From Scyliorhinus canicula (Eukaryota), in the NCBI RefSeq assembly GCF_902713615.1, contig NC_052158.1, positions 48,075,159 to 48,139,158 on the forward strand: 64,000 nucleotides of DNA, given 5' to 3'. Both the position numbers and the translations under genes were made by a program. Under the pieces are notes generated by a model that was not told the origin of the DNA, did no database searches, and saw only the letters and a list, made by a program, of their open reading frames with translations. How positions within the stretch are numbered: the first letter of the stretch is position 1; every line of letters begins with the position of its first letter. This document shows, in pieces, positions 25,880 to 38,574 of this stretch.

Positions 25880-26705
25880 AGTTTCTGTGTGGGTTCACTG
25901 ATGTTCCAGGAGGTTCAACATCTATGTGAATATCTTATTACAGAATTCAGATCAATAGGGTTTCTTCCCTATGTGAGTGTGTTAATGGACTAGGAAATAT
26001 ACTGACTGTGTAAAAACTTTAGAATCATAGAGTCACTAGAGTGCAGGAAGCCATTTGGCCCATTGAGTCTACAGTGACCCTCTGAAAGAAAGCCCTACCT
26101 AGGCCCACGGCGCCATCCTATCTCCATAACCCCACCTAACCTTTTGGACACTAAGGGGCAATTTAGCTTGTCCAATCCACCTAGTATGCACAGAGCACCT
26201 GGAGGAAACCCACGTAGACACGGGAAGAATGTGCAAACTCCACACAGTCACCCGAGGTCTCACACCTAAATGGTTTCTCTCCAGTGTGGATCAGCTGGTT
26301 CTTTAGATCATTGGTCGACGGGGTGAAAACTTTGTCACACCCAACGAGTTTCTCCTCTGTGAATCCTCTGGTATGCCAGGAGGCTCGAAGACTTCACAAA
26401 AGCTTAATCACAAACCTCACACTTGGGGCGGGGGGGGGGGGCTATTCTACAGCCTATGCAAAGCGATTTATAACACATCTGACACGTGAATGGTTTCTCC
26501 AGTGTGATGTGTGTTTGTGGTTGCTGAGGTTCAATGATGACAAGAATGACTTCTCACGCATGTCACAGGTGAATGGTTTCTCCCATGTACGTGCGTTTAT
26601 GATTGTGGAGGTTCAATGATGACAAGAATGATTCATGATACGTCACGTCTGAATCTTTTGTCCCGTGTGGGTGCGGTTGTGGAGATCCGATGATGACGAG
26701 AATGA
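25880..26705 (-). pseudogene. Fossil zinc fingers downstream of the ZNF B stop codon (SINE inserted ~26020-26258)
   Basis: Degenerate finger repeats; the terminal ones match those of unit A. Confidence 0.8.
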
Positions 26706-27746
26706 TTACTCACATGTCACAGCTGAATGTTTTGTCCCGTGTGTACGTTTGTGTGCACGGAGATGCCCTGACACTGAAAATAATTTGTCACAGACCTCAC
26801 AAATGAATGGTTTCTCTCCTGTGTGGCTCCTCTGATGGACCAGGAGGTTCGAGGACCTTGAGAATGATTTGTCACACACCTCACATTTGTATGGTTTCTC
26901 CCCAGTGTGAATGCGTTTGTGTCTGCGGAGATCCGCTGATAATGAGAATGATTTGTGGCACACCTCACACCTGAATGGTTTCTCGCCTGTGTGAGTGCGC
27001 TGGTGTTTCCGGAGGGTGCATGACCATGGGAATGATATATCACACACCTCACAAGTGAATGGTTTCTCCCCTGTGTGAATACGTTGGTGTACACGGAGAT
27101 CGGATGACGTTGAGAATGATTTCTTACACACTTCGCATGTGAATGGTTTCTCCCCTGTGTGAATGCGTAGATGCCGAAGGAGGTCCGATGATGTTGAGAA
27201 TGATTTGTCACATACCTCACATGTGAAGGGTTTCTCACCTGTGTGAATGCGTAGGTGTCTACGGAGATCTGAGGATGATGAGAATGGTTTGTCACACACT
27301 TTGCACATGAAGGGTTTCTCCCCTGTGTGAATGCGTTGATGATTATGAAGATTCGATGCTGACAAGAATGGTTTCTTACACATATCACACGTGAATGGTT
27401 TCTCTCCTGTGTGAGTGCGTTGGTGTGTATGGAGGCTCGATGACTGAGAGAATGATTTGTTGCACACGTCACAAGTGAATGGCTTCACCCCAGTGTGAAT
27501 TTGCCAGTGCTTCACCAGGGTAGATAATTGTGCAAAACCTTTGTTACAGACCTCACATCCAAATGGCTTCTCCCCAGTATGAATTCGCCGGTGAATCACC
27601 AAGGCTGATAATTGTGTAAAGCCCTTGTTACACACCTCACATTTGAATGGTTTTTCCCCAGTGTGACTGCGTCGGTGAGCCTCCAATGTCGATGGATATG
27701 TAAAAGCTCGATCACACACCTCACACTTCAATAGTTTCTTTGCCAT
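26706..27746 (-). CDS. C2H2 zinc-finger protein, 12 tandem fingers (unit B, 346 aa)
   Basis: ATG-initiated intact ORF with TGEKP linkers. Confidence 0.92.
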   Translation of the reverse strand: MAKKLLKCEVCDRAFTYPSTLEAHRRSHTGEKPFKCEVCNKGFTQLSALVIHRRIHTGEKPFGCEVCNKGFAQLSTLVKHWQIHTGVKPFTCDVCNKSFSQSSSLHTHQRTHTGEKPFTCDMCKKPFLSASNLHNHQRIHTGEKPFMCKVCDKPFSSSSDLRRHLRIHTGEKPFTCEVCDKSFSTSSDLLRHLRIHTGEKPFTCEVCKKSFSTSSDLRVHQRIHTGEKPFTCEVCDISFPWSCTLRKHQRTHTGEKPFRCEVCHKSFSLSADLRRHKRIHTGEKPYKCEVCDKSFSRSSNLLVHQRSHTGEKPFICEVCDKLFSVSGHLRAHKRTHGTKHSAVTCE

Positions 27747-28714
27747 GTACTGTCTTTATCCTACAAGTGGGACAGCAGATGCACCTTGTGTTTTAGGGGA
27801 TCTTATGTGCCTGTGGATCACTCCTCACACGTGACCAGACTCTCATCTGTAGGAACAGGTCAGTGGCTCAAGAAGGTCAATGAACAATTGAAGCTCTCAC
27901 CACATATCGAGTCCACTCACACTTCTTCCCAGCCTCACCCTAACCGATCACCCACAGCCGAACCTTCGGAAAGGTTGGTTCTGATGGAAGGTTCGACACG
28001 ACTGATCAATTTCAGATCTGATGATATGTCAAAGCTCCCCCGACCCAACTGATTGCCAGACGATGGTTTCACTGCCCAACTTTCTCATGTTGAGCAATGT
28101 TGCAAAGAGACTGAAAGTCTTCCCACAGTTGTGCAGTTGCTCCTTGGGTGATGGTCAGGATCTATCTGCGGTGTCTATCCTTTCTGTGTTCTCTGGTGTA
28201 GTATGGTGCAAACCTTCTGTAAAACAGGAAAAGGAAACATGATTTCCTCAAACTCCTCTCCTCCTTTGCTAAAAGGACGAATTCCTCAGTTAGAGACTAT
28301 TCCACAGTAAGTGTCAATCTGCTATTCCCCTGTGTGGGGAATCAGATACAAGTCCTTTCTTTTTCCTCACTTGACTGCCACACACCCTCTGTTTCCATCA
28401 GGAACACTGGATAGGGACCAGAAGACAACGTAGCTACTTTCTTTCCTCCGTCCAAACCCCATCTTCCTAGGCGCCACGAGGATGACGGAAAAGACAGACA
28501 GTGCAAGACTGGCTAACAATTCACTATGAGCTTGAGTCAGGCTGGAAAAGGGAGAGTATATGTTTCATATAAAAACACTCAGGGGAAATGTTAATTCAAT
28601 GGAGATTTTTTAAAGTTCTGCACTTGTTGTCCCAAATTATTTGAGGAAAATACACTGGGCAGAAAGTTCATGGAACCTAAGGAAAATATTGCTTCAATAG
28701 AACTGATTTTTAAA

Positions 28715-29048
28715 ATATAATTCATGGGATGTGATCACTTGGGACAGGGGCAGTATTTGTTGCCAATCCCGAATTGCCCTTGAACAGGGTTGCTTGCTGG
28801 GCCGTTTCAGACACGTGAGTCAGCCACATTGTTGAGGATCTAGATTCTAGAATCACATGCAGGCCATCCCAAAAGGACACCAATGAACCAGGAGGGTATT
28901 TTTCTCAACGACAATCGACAATAGTTTCACAGTAATTACTTGACTTTTAATTCTTGATAATTTATGGAATTCCGCCTTCTGCCCAGATTATTAACCTGGG
29001 TCTCTGGATTATTGGTCTGGTGAAAATACCACTACCCACTGCCTCCCC
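28715..29048 (-). mobile_element. tRNA-derived SINE of a second family, in the ZNF B intron
   Basis: GGGAGGCAGTGGGTAGTGG head; absent from the paralogous blocks in A, C and D. Confidence 0.65.
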
Positions 29049-30321
29049 AGGTTCCAGTTTATCCTGTGAAATTAGTTACACTGCACTCACTCAGACTGCA
29101 CATCCCAAATTCAACTCTCCGACACAACATTGGGCAAAGCTATTAAATCTAAGTCCAGGCTTTTGGGAAAGGCCAAGGTCTTCAGGTAAAATCTTTAAAG
29201 ACATTAAAAGACATTTTAATAAATGTCTCTGCCCCTCCCAGATAATTACACCTCACCTTCTTATGACCCATCAACAAAACTCAGTCTGTAAATCAGAAGG
29301 GAAATGCTCCCAATAAACACACTCAATATCCAACACACAGCCAATCAAACTGCTCAGCACAAAGCACCGAGTAAACAGGTCTCTGAGCTGGATCTTCTCA
29401 CACAGCATAAGGGGCATTTCCACAGCTGATTGCCCACAGGATAGTCAGACTGCCTGAACATCAGTGTGGATATTGTGCAATGTAATGATTGTAAATTCTG
29501 CTCCTTCACTCACCATCTCCTGACTTGGTTTTGAGTCCCTACAGGAAGCGAAGCAGCTGTTGTAAAGGAAGAGGAGAGAATGGGCAGAGTGGGTGGGCTC
29601 TCTGATTGACGTCTCTCACAGACAATCCAAATATTTCTGCAGTAACAGGAGTTTCCTGAAGTTTGGGAAACTGACCGGGGAAACGGAGGTGACTTTGATC
29701 AGCAGATCAGGTGGGGCTTTAAACTTGTCAATGTCCCATCTGAATAAAACCTCACTTATTGCAGCTGCTGTCTCAGTTCCCCTGGTAAATATTTGACTGA
29801 GATTTCTACTGTGGGAATAGCATTCTTCATCCTCGGAGGGTTTCAAACTGACAACATCAGTGTGGGATGTGCATCTTCAGATGTGTTTGACAGCAGATCA
29901 GAAGAGGAAGACCCACAGCATCCAAGGTAGCGGTTATGGCAGTGGTAGGAAACACGCAGCTAAATGCGCTTACTATGGGACTTTGTTCCCATTTAGTTGA
30001 ATCGAATCTTGAAAGCCATTGATGGAAAGATTAGAAGGATGTTGAGGAGTAACGTCTTTCACCCAGAGGGTGGTGTGGGTTAACTCACTGTCTGAAAGGG
30101 TGAAAGAGGCAGAACCCGTCATCACATTTTAAAAACATTGGGATATGAACTTGATGGAATAAATTTTCCTCATTTAAAATGAGGATGGAATAATGTTAAT
30201 TACTTACACACAAAAAGCAAATCCTGATCCTGTCAGCTCATTACTGGAATGTTTGGAATTGATCCAATCTGGTTCTGGATGCAAAGAAAGGACTGGCCCT
30301 CAACCGCCCCTGTCTTGTACA

Positions 30322-30378
30322 GCCCCAGTGGCCTAATGGATAAGGCAGGGATTGTGGGTTCAAATCCCATCTGAATTG
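30322..30378 (+). pseudogene. tRNA-Arg(CCT)-derived pseudogene lacking the anticodon arm
   Basis: GCCCCAGTGGCCTAATGGATAAGGCA joined directly to GGGATTGTGGGTTC. Confidence 0.8.
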
Positions 30379-31414
30379 GAGTAAAGTTTGTTGCAGAAAC
30401 AAATGTTTAAACTCCTTCTCCAGACATTGTCACATTCTGTGACTGTCGGGGAAATTTCTGTTTAACTTCTCAACCAATCTGAGCAGTTCCTGTTCAGCCC
30501 CCTTCTCACTCTGTCTGGCTTTCCACTGACACAAACCAATGCAATGTTTCTCCCGAGCTGGGAACTATTCCAACACTCAGGGAACAATGTCACCTCCACT
30601 TTCCAGGCAAATACTGTCCTTTAACTCCTGTCTTCAGTTGACCCAACACCCCAAACACAGACAGTACTTTGAAATGTCAACTGATAATATGTAATATTAG
30701 ATTGACAGATTTATATTCGGAAGGAACAAGGAACCAAATGGGGTGGATGGGGTAATATACAATCAGACACTATCTAATTATCTGGTGGAACAGGCTACAG
30801 AGACTGATGGCCTCCTCCTGTTGCTGTAAATGTTTACAACAACGTAACACCATTGTTCGACGATAGACAATCCCTTCCTTGTCCCTTCCCTATTCAGCCT
30901 GTTCTCTGGGTTGTAACTGAATGAAAACCTGTGATTGGATTGCAGACAATTAGTTATTGTCACCAAAATTAAGCCAAGAGTTTGACAAGCTCCATTTAAT
31001 CAAAGTGAAGATTCTTTAACTGGACTGGGTAAAGCCTCCCCCTCACACTCTACATCCCAGTCAGATCAGACATCACAATCGTTTTTTTAACAAGCTCAGT
31101 TTGAGGCAGGAGACGGCACAAGAAGTTTGAGTGAAACAAAGGGAACTGCACTGACTGTGACGATGGAAATATCACTCGCTCGCTGACACTCAGAAGTTTA
31201 TTTCTGTGGAAGGTTTATTTCAAGCGGTCATTCAAACTTCAGAATCGGAGGTCAGACGATGAGGACTGGGAGATGAGAAATGTCTTCACTGAAAGGGTTG
31301 TGAATCTTTGGAATTCTCCCACTCAGGTAGCTGTGGATGTTCAGTCACTGAATAGATTCAAGACCGAATTTGATAGATTTTTGGGGAGTTGAACTGGGGG
31401 AGGTAGTGGCCAAA

Positions 31415-32051
31415 TGTCATTTGAGAGTATCTTTAAGAAATAGGTACTTCAGAAATGTACCTTTAAGAAATGGCTGTTTATCAGTGATGTCAGAGTGTGG
31501 GTGGAGCTGGGCTGTCTGTCAGCTTTTTACTTTTGCTTCAGACTGTTTTCTACAGGGTGTGTTTTAGTTTCGTTTTCAGTGTTGGAACTGAAGCCAGACC
31601 AAGCAGGTGTACTGCTGTTTTCACATTTTGTCAGGTAATGTTAACTGCAATGTTTTTGCCAAATCTAACAGTTTGCTTTTAGTCTCTGTCCGTAAGGTAC
31701 TGCGTGTGACCTTCTCCACCCGCAAAAACTTCAGAGCCTCAAAAGACTATCTCTTGATCATTTGGTGAATTCAGAATTATAAATGTTCTCAGTAGTGAAT
31801 GTAAACCTAATGTGCTTCTGTTAAAAGGTGTTTCTTTTGTCTTCTGGATGTTGTTTGGGAAGTTATTAAGGATTACTTAGTGTTGTTTTCTTTGGGGGTT
31901 GTATTTGAATTGATGGTTGCTAAGATGTTCACTGTATGTTTTAATAAGGTTAACTTGATTTCATAGATTAAACATTGTTTTGCTTTAAAAAATTCTTTTC
32001 TATTTCTACTGTACCACTCTTGTAGAGTGGGCTGTGTGCTCCCCATACCAC
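31415..32051 (+). mobile_element. Solo-LTR-like repeat
   Basis: T-rich LTR-like sequence ending GTGTGCTCCCCATACCACA. Confidence 0.5.
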
Positions 32052-32054
32052 AGG

Positions 32055-33150
32055 CAAAGTGCCTGTAACCAATCGCCAGGATAAAGAGGCAGCCACTATC
32101 CTCTCAGCTGTTGACACACCTAGACCCTTCAAGACCACTTGCCCTCACATGCAAAGCCTCCCCGTATGGCATAGAGCAGTGTTGGCCCAATGGTGGCATG
32201 AACATCTGATAGCATATTCATGCAGGACCCAGCCGATGCAGACCACTGCAACGCCCAAATAGAGAAAGAAGGATTAGTCATGAAAAACGGGGTGAAAAAA
32301 TTCCATGTATGTCTTCGGGTGCCATTTAAAAAATTATAACATTGGAATCAACGACGATATCGAGAGAGTGGTAAAACAGAACTTGGCATGCCAGCAACAC
32401 TAGAACCTCCCTCCATCGACTTTGCTCCACCCCTGGGAATGGCCAGGGCACCCCAGGGTGCACTTGCATGCCGACTTTGCTGGGTTGTTCATGGGGTCGA
32501 TGCTTCTGGTCTAGTGGACACCTTGAAATGGCTGGACGTACACCCCAGTACTATCTCGAGATTACTGTGGATAAATTACATTAATCGCTCAGCACCCACG
32601 GGATACCAGAGACACTTGGCACATACAATGGGATCCCGTTCACCAATTATGAATTCCAGACATACATACATGCCAGTGGGGTAAAGCACATCTGGACTGC
32701 TCTGTACCATCCGTCCTTGAATAGTTTGGTGGAGTAGGCAGTTCAAACATTGAAGCAGGGCATGAAGAAGCAGAGTACTGGCTCCCTTGAAACAAAGCTG
32801 GTGCGGTTCCTGCACCACTATTGGCTGCATATCATGACCGGCATAGTGCCGGCAGAGTTACTGATGGGCCAAAAAGTCCAGACCCCCGATTATAACATTC
32901 TCGATGCCTTGGCGGAAAAGTAGAGATGAAACAGGACCTCCGAAAGAAATACCACGACCACCAAACCTCAGATAGAGGTTTCAAACCAGGGAACGCAGTG
33001 CGTGTCCACAATTCCGGAGATGGCGCACTGTGGGTCCCTGGAGTTGTGAAGGAGAAAAAGGAGCAGGTTTTGTACAAAGTCTGAAGCTGAGGGAAGACCG
33101 TTCAGAAGCACATGAACCACCTCAGGGGCAGGAATCCACCTCGGAGAAAA
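32055..33150 (+). mobile_element. Decayed Gypsy pol (RNase H/integrase)
   Basis: PWEWPGHP..HLHADFAG; YHPS.N.LVE.AVQTLKQG; PAELLMG. Confidence 0.75.
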
Positions 33151-33538
33151 CCATGCCAGACATGTAAATGTGTCCGCCACCCCTCGTACCGTCCGAAAGT
33201 CAGGAGGCCATCATGGATCAGAATCTGGGCCAGCGGTACGACGACAACACAGACATGGACATGGATGCATCAGCGTTTTCAGAGGCCGCTGCAACTGGAG
33301 TCGAGCCCCCAGCAGTGACTCTCCAGCATTGCTCTCGTAAAAGACAATCGCTGACCTGATATCTGTTCCCCAAACTGGCCAACCACTGGCAAATCAGCAG
33401 CTAAGTTTCTGTGTGCAAATTAACTGCTCGGTGACTGCACTTAGAAATGAATTTCATTGGCCGTAAATTGTTCTCCAATGCCTTGTGTTCATGAACATGG
33501 ATATATAAATTCAAGCCTTTCTCTCTGAGGGAAACATT

Positions 33539-33711
33539 GGGCAGGATTCTCCGGTACCCCAGCAGTTTGCTGTTCGGTGATGGTGGGATTCTATCCTCCC
33601 GCTGCTTGCCAATGGGATTTCACATTGAAACCACCCCTCATTGCCGGAAAACCCACGAGTGTGGGTGCGCTGCCGGGTAATGTGAATTGCAACAAGCAGA
33701 GAATTCCGGCC
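33539..33711. mobile_element. Short palindromic Harbinger-type MITE
   Basis: GGGCAGGATTCTCC...GAGAATTCCGGCC, flanked by ATT; absent from the paralogous block at ~15445. Confidence 0.65.
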
Positions 33712-33889
33712 ATTATGTTTCCTGTGAACTGGGAATTCTAAACGCATTGATGGAGAAAGTATACCAGCTACAGTGACATTGACCAATATATTGTGTCCAG
33801 GACTCTTACTGGTGGCTCCTGAGTGTTTCAGTGAATAGGAACACACCATGCTGACAAAACAGGTAGATGGGGTTCAGCTAAAAAATGAA

Positions 33890-34054
33890 TTAATAATAAT
33901 GTTTATTTGTGTCACTTCCATTAACGCTGCAATTAAGTTACTATCAAAATCCCCTAGTCGCCACACTCCGGCACCTATTCACCTACACTGAGGGAGAATT
34001 CAGAATATCCAATTCATCAAACAAGCACGTCTTTCGGGCACGCAGAGGAAACCC
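33890..34054 (-). mobile_element. SINE 3' fragment with (TTA)n tail (same tail at ~43420-43490, 49343-49616 and 60410-60595)
   Basis: Shared CCCCTAGTCGCCACA and TTATTGTCAC tail motifs. Confidence 0.7.
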
Positions 34055-35094
34055 ATTTATTATGAGTTATAAATCTGTGCAGAAGATTGCAGCAGATAAA
34101 CAACACAATATTCATATTACATCAACTTTGAACCAACTAAAATAACAATACATTTTAAAATGACCCAAGATCTTTTCCAGAACATGAAATGAATCTTGGA
34201 AGAGTGTAAGGTGAAGATATTGCGCCGTTATTACACTGAGCTATGATGGGCTGAGGGAACTCAGGTCTCTAGAGACTCAACCCCACTCCCTCACCATACT
34301 CATAATTGTAGTTCTCCCAGACAGGAGAGTACAAACATTACCCATGGTATTAGTCAAATGCTCATTACCTGAAGAGGATCTGTCTATAATTCACATCACC
34401 AACTAAAGCAGGGTCCGATTCTCCACAATACCCACTCCTGAGAGTTGGCTAACTTCACTAACACTCACTCATAACAGGGGAAACTCTCGGAATGTCACAG
34501 ACAGAAGTTTCTTTGAAATCACTGTGCATTAGTCTGGCTCCCAATTCTGATGGTCAGAAATGACACCGAAAGTTAGTGCCACAGGATGGAGCTCGTTTCC
34601 ATCATACAAATCCACCAATGACGACAGAGATCCACTGATCATGTGGGTCCATAGACCAATCAGTTTCGATTCATGGAAGACAATCTTCACCCAAGTGAGT
34701 TGGACAGCATTTTCGAATTTCCATCTCTGCTCTTTGACCCTTCTAGTTGATCTCCCTGTTTCTCAAATCCAAAGAGTAAATATTTGAGTGTATCTGGTAA
34801 TCACAGGTTTAACCATCCATCAGCAGATCTGATTGGAACACAACAAGCACTAGTGGCCTTGCTGTCCTCTGTGAAAACTGCTTAATACCCAGGACCATCC
34901 TGAAGAGAAAAGATTATCCACAACTTCTCCTCCCAAAACTAAGTGTGTCCTTGTGGATGTTCTGTGCTGTTGAGAACTACAGGCCCGTGAGCCTTACGTC
35001 AGTGGTAGAGAAATTACTGGAGAGAATTCCTCGAGACAGGATCTACTCCCATTTGGAAGCAAGTGGTCGTATTAGCGAGTTTTGTGAAGGGAGG

Positions 35095-38064
35095 TGTAGC
35101 CATCTGAGATGGCCACCTGCAAAGGACCATGGGAATTATGGCCAAAACAGGAGTCAGACAGATACAGAGCTTCTATGTATTTGAAACACAGGTAGTTAGA
35201 CCTGATCGAAACCCCACCTTGTTTGCATTCTAATGGCCCATTTTCCCAGAACAATAGGACTACAATCAAGAAACCGATACAGCCACAGACTGATTGGCAC
35301 CACTTCCTTTACTGAGAGAGCAACCGCCAATGCCAATGACTGCTAAGGACCCGTCCAGCCACCAAGGCACCCACCCCTTTATTGGCCTTAATCGAAGGTA
35401 GTGATCGAAGCCTGTCGAATTATTGGGTCCAAGATTAAGGACTGCCCCAAAGAGCGTGAACCCCGAGAGGGATAAAAAGAGAAACAGCCATGCGTTCGGT
35501 CTCTTTTGGATCCGTACTGTGTCAGCCTCTTTTGGATCTGTCCTGTGCCAGCCCAACTGTAGCAGGAACAGCCAGCCAAGTTCAAGACCAATGATTGCTA
35601 CCTGACGGGTGAGCCCAGGAGAGACAGAGCCACTTCTTCAAACCAGCCACGTGAGATCAAGATAAAGGCCTTATCAATCTCCACAGCTCCGGTCGCCCTG
35701 AAGTTAAGGATAGTTTATTGTAGCTGATAGGTGTCGTTTAACTTGTAGTATATTGTGTTTTCATGTCGGAGTAACCCTTGTGTGTAAATAAACCATCTTT
35801 AAACTTGAACTGACTAACTGGTTGTGTGGTCATTTGGCCGATATACAGGAAACCCTTGTGGTTCAGTAAGAGAAATAGAAACACGCACAGTATTGGTGAT
35901 GCTGTTGGGATATAACATCATATTGGCGACTTTAAAGAGCAACATTATTCGCAACTTTTGACGGGACTCGATTTAGAAGTGATTTTGTCACTCCGAGAGA
36001 ACCCACAAAACTTTGAAATCCAATTGCATGAAAGAGAAAGAACCACAAGTGCAAGCCCCATATCGACCAAATCACCGAATATCGGAAGTGTGTACTAACC
36101 TGCATGCGTACGAACAGGGATATAAGGTAAACTCGTTGGATTGTGTCAAAACTATCGAGGGAATTGTGAACGCAAAGTAGCTTAGGCCATACCCGCAGTT
36201 CAAATCGCCACTTTATCCCCCTGGCCCAAATTCAATAGAAAACAGAGATTAGAGGTAGGAAACAAGATATTAGAAGCAATGGGCAAAAAAGCGATGGAAC
36301 GTTTAATGAACCCACAGGAACCCAAGGTCGCAGCGACCAACAGAGCAGAGCAATGCCCCATATGGGAGGAAGAGTTGAGGAAGTATTTGAAGAGGAAAGG
36401 ATTTTTTTGGTCCAATTTTTGTGCAAGTGATCAGTCAGGTCCAGGAGGAATAGGACAAACTTGGTGGGACAATCTAAGTGAGGTCTACGAGAAAAATGTA
36501 GGAAAGGTCCGAAAGCCGATGGCAATAGTGTCCTGTTTGGCACAGTTGCGAGGCACAGAGGAGGTCGTGAAGACGCTCCGCAGGCAGTTAGTTGAGAAAG
36601 ACAAGAAGAATGAGGCAAACAATAATGAAAGCGAAAAGATTATTAAGCAACTCCGGGAACAGTTAGCAGCTAAAGGTAAGGAGATGGCTGATGTGAAACG
36701 TGCACACCAATCTTGTTTAGTTCACCTTAGCAGCTTTCAGATCCAATACGATAAAGCCTACCAAGATACACAGCGCGCAGTCCTGGTACGAGAAGAGACA
36801 GAACAGCAGGTAGCCCAGTTAAGTAGTCAATGCGTGGATTTAAAAGCAGTTTTGCGAGCGCTCCACAGCTCCACTACAGAGCAGAGACAGAGCATAGTGG
36901 ACCATGCGAAATGCAGACAACAGATAGACAAATTACAGTCACTGTTTTCAGTGCAGAATGGATTTAGATATACCTTTGGACAAAATTTAGATGAGGAAGG
37001 TGCCCCCGATTGGCAAGAATTAAATGAAAGCGCCCAGAGATATGTAGAGGATAGAGGAAATCAGAAACGAGCCCCCCATGCCCCAAAAAGGAAAGCACCC
37101 GCACCACCGACTGCACAGGCAGCACACACCCCACTCACAATTCGACCCCCATGAATCCGGTCACCACACAGCGCAAGTCATCAGATCAGGGTGAGCCTGA
37201 TTTTGTTTATACCACCCCACTATCCATAACCCAGTTGAGAGAGGCTTGCACCAAAATTGTTCCATTCCAGCCCACCACAGCTTCTTTGAGGAAGTGCGGC
37301 AACAAAAAGTTATGTACGGTCTAGACAAAAGAGAGAAAGCCAAACTCATAGTTATGAGCCTTCGCCAGTCCGTAAGATCAGCTTTGCCTGAACCTCAAAA
37401 TGTAGCAGGAGGAACCCTACAGGAGGAAATGAAAACGGTCATTTTAGACACAATCGGGTATAACAAAGCAGATCCAGTTGAGGGTTTGAACCATTGTAGG
37501 CAAAAGAAGGGACAGCATCCAACCGCATTTGCTGGTCACCTTTGGAGTCATTTTATGGCAGTCTACGGACAATTGAACCACGCACACCTAAGTGAGGACG
37601 ACACCACTAAATGGTCCCGCACCTTAGTCTCGCATGCCACAGAAGCAGGTCAAAAGGTTTGTGTGAATTACGACCCTGCAGACCACACACATAATGAAGT
37701 TTGGGTTTTAAAGAAACTCTCCAGAGCATGGGAACAATCCCTACACAGACTGGCAGATCAGGAACAGATAGAAACAAATATGCACCCAGTCAGGACTAAC
37801 CAGGACCCAGCATGGGTAAACGAGGGTAGACATGGGAACCAGCACCCCAGAGCACAGGCATCACGAGGTTGCTACAGTTGTGGACACATGGGACATTATG
37901 CCCACGATTGCCGACAAAACCCTCCAAACCAGCAACCATCAAACCCACCATCTTGGAACAATGTTAGGCCCATAGACAGTGTTAGTGCCTGTTCAGACAA
38001 TTCAGCGGTCAACACCACAGATTGACAGTGTTCGGACTTACTCTGGGACAAATCAGGCAGACCT
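35095..38064 (+). mobile_element. ERV-like LTR retroelement 5' half: LTR 35095-35944, tRNA-Arg-like PBS, gag; pol deleted; inserted after a CR1 fragment (34970-35094)
   Basis: TGTAGCCA...GAGCAACA LTR; degenerate PBS TTCGCAACTTTTGACGGGACTCG; long gag ORFs. Confidence 0.85.
36279..38025 (+). pseudogene. gag: gag (frameshifted near 37150-37245) with a coiled-coil region and CCHC knuckle
   Basis: ORFs of 291 aa and 259 aa; CYSCGHMGHYAHDC fits Cx2Cx4Hx4C. Confidence 0.85.
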
Positions 38065-38244
38065 TTGGCTAGGTCCCAAAAGACGTGATTGAACCTTCAA
38101 GTTTTAAGAATTAAAGTTTTAATCGTTATTGTCAATGTGAGCACTGTAGTGATTCTATGGTAGCGATTCTATGATTGTTGGATAGTGGGTGCCTGGAACT
38201 CGCTGCCGTTGGAGGTGGTGGAAGCAGGAACAATAGTGACATTT

Positions 38245-38572
38245 GATTGTTGGACTCCCCAACTTGCCTCGTACATCTCCTCTAAACCTTGCCCCTCACA
38301 CCTTAAACCTATGCCCGGTAGTAATTGACCCCTCTACCCTGGGAAAAAGTCTCTGATTATCCACTCTGTCTATGCCCCTCATCATTTTGTAGATCTAAAT
38401 TTAAATGACATTTAAGGGGCATCTTGACAAATACATGAATAGGATGGGAATAGAGGGATACGGACCCAGGAAGTGTAGAAGATTTTAGTTTAGACGGGCA
38501 GCATGGTCGGCACAGGCTTGAAAGGCCGAAGGGCCTGTTCCAGTGCTGTACTTTTATTTGTTCTTTGTTCTC
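38245..38572. mobile_element. CR1 3' fragments in both orientations
   Basis: GGCCGAAGGGCCTGTT tail with TTCTTTG repeats; inverted piece at 38245-38390. Confidence 0.7.
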
Positions 38573-38574
38573 TA

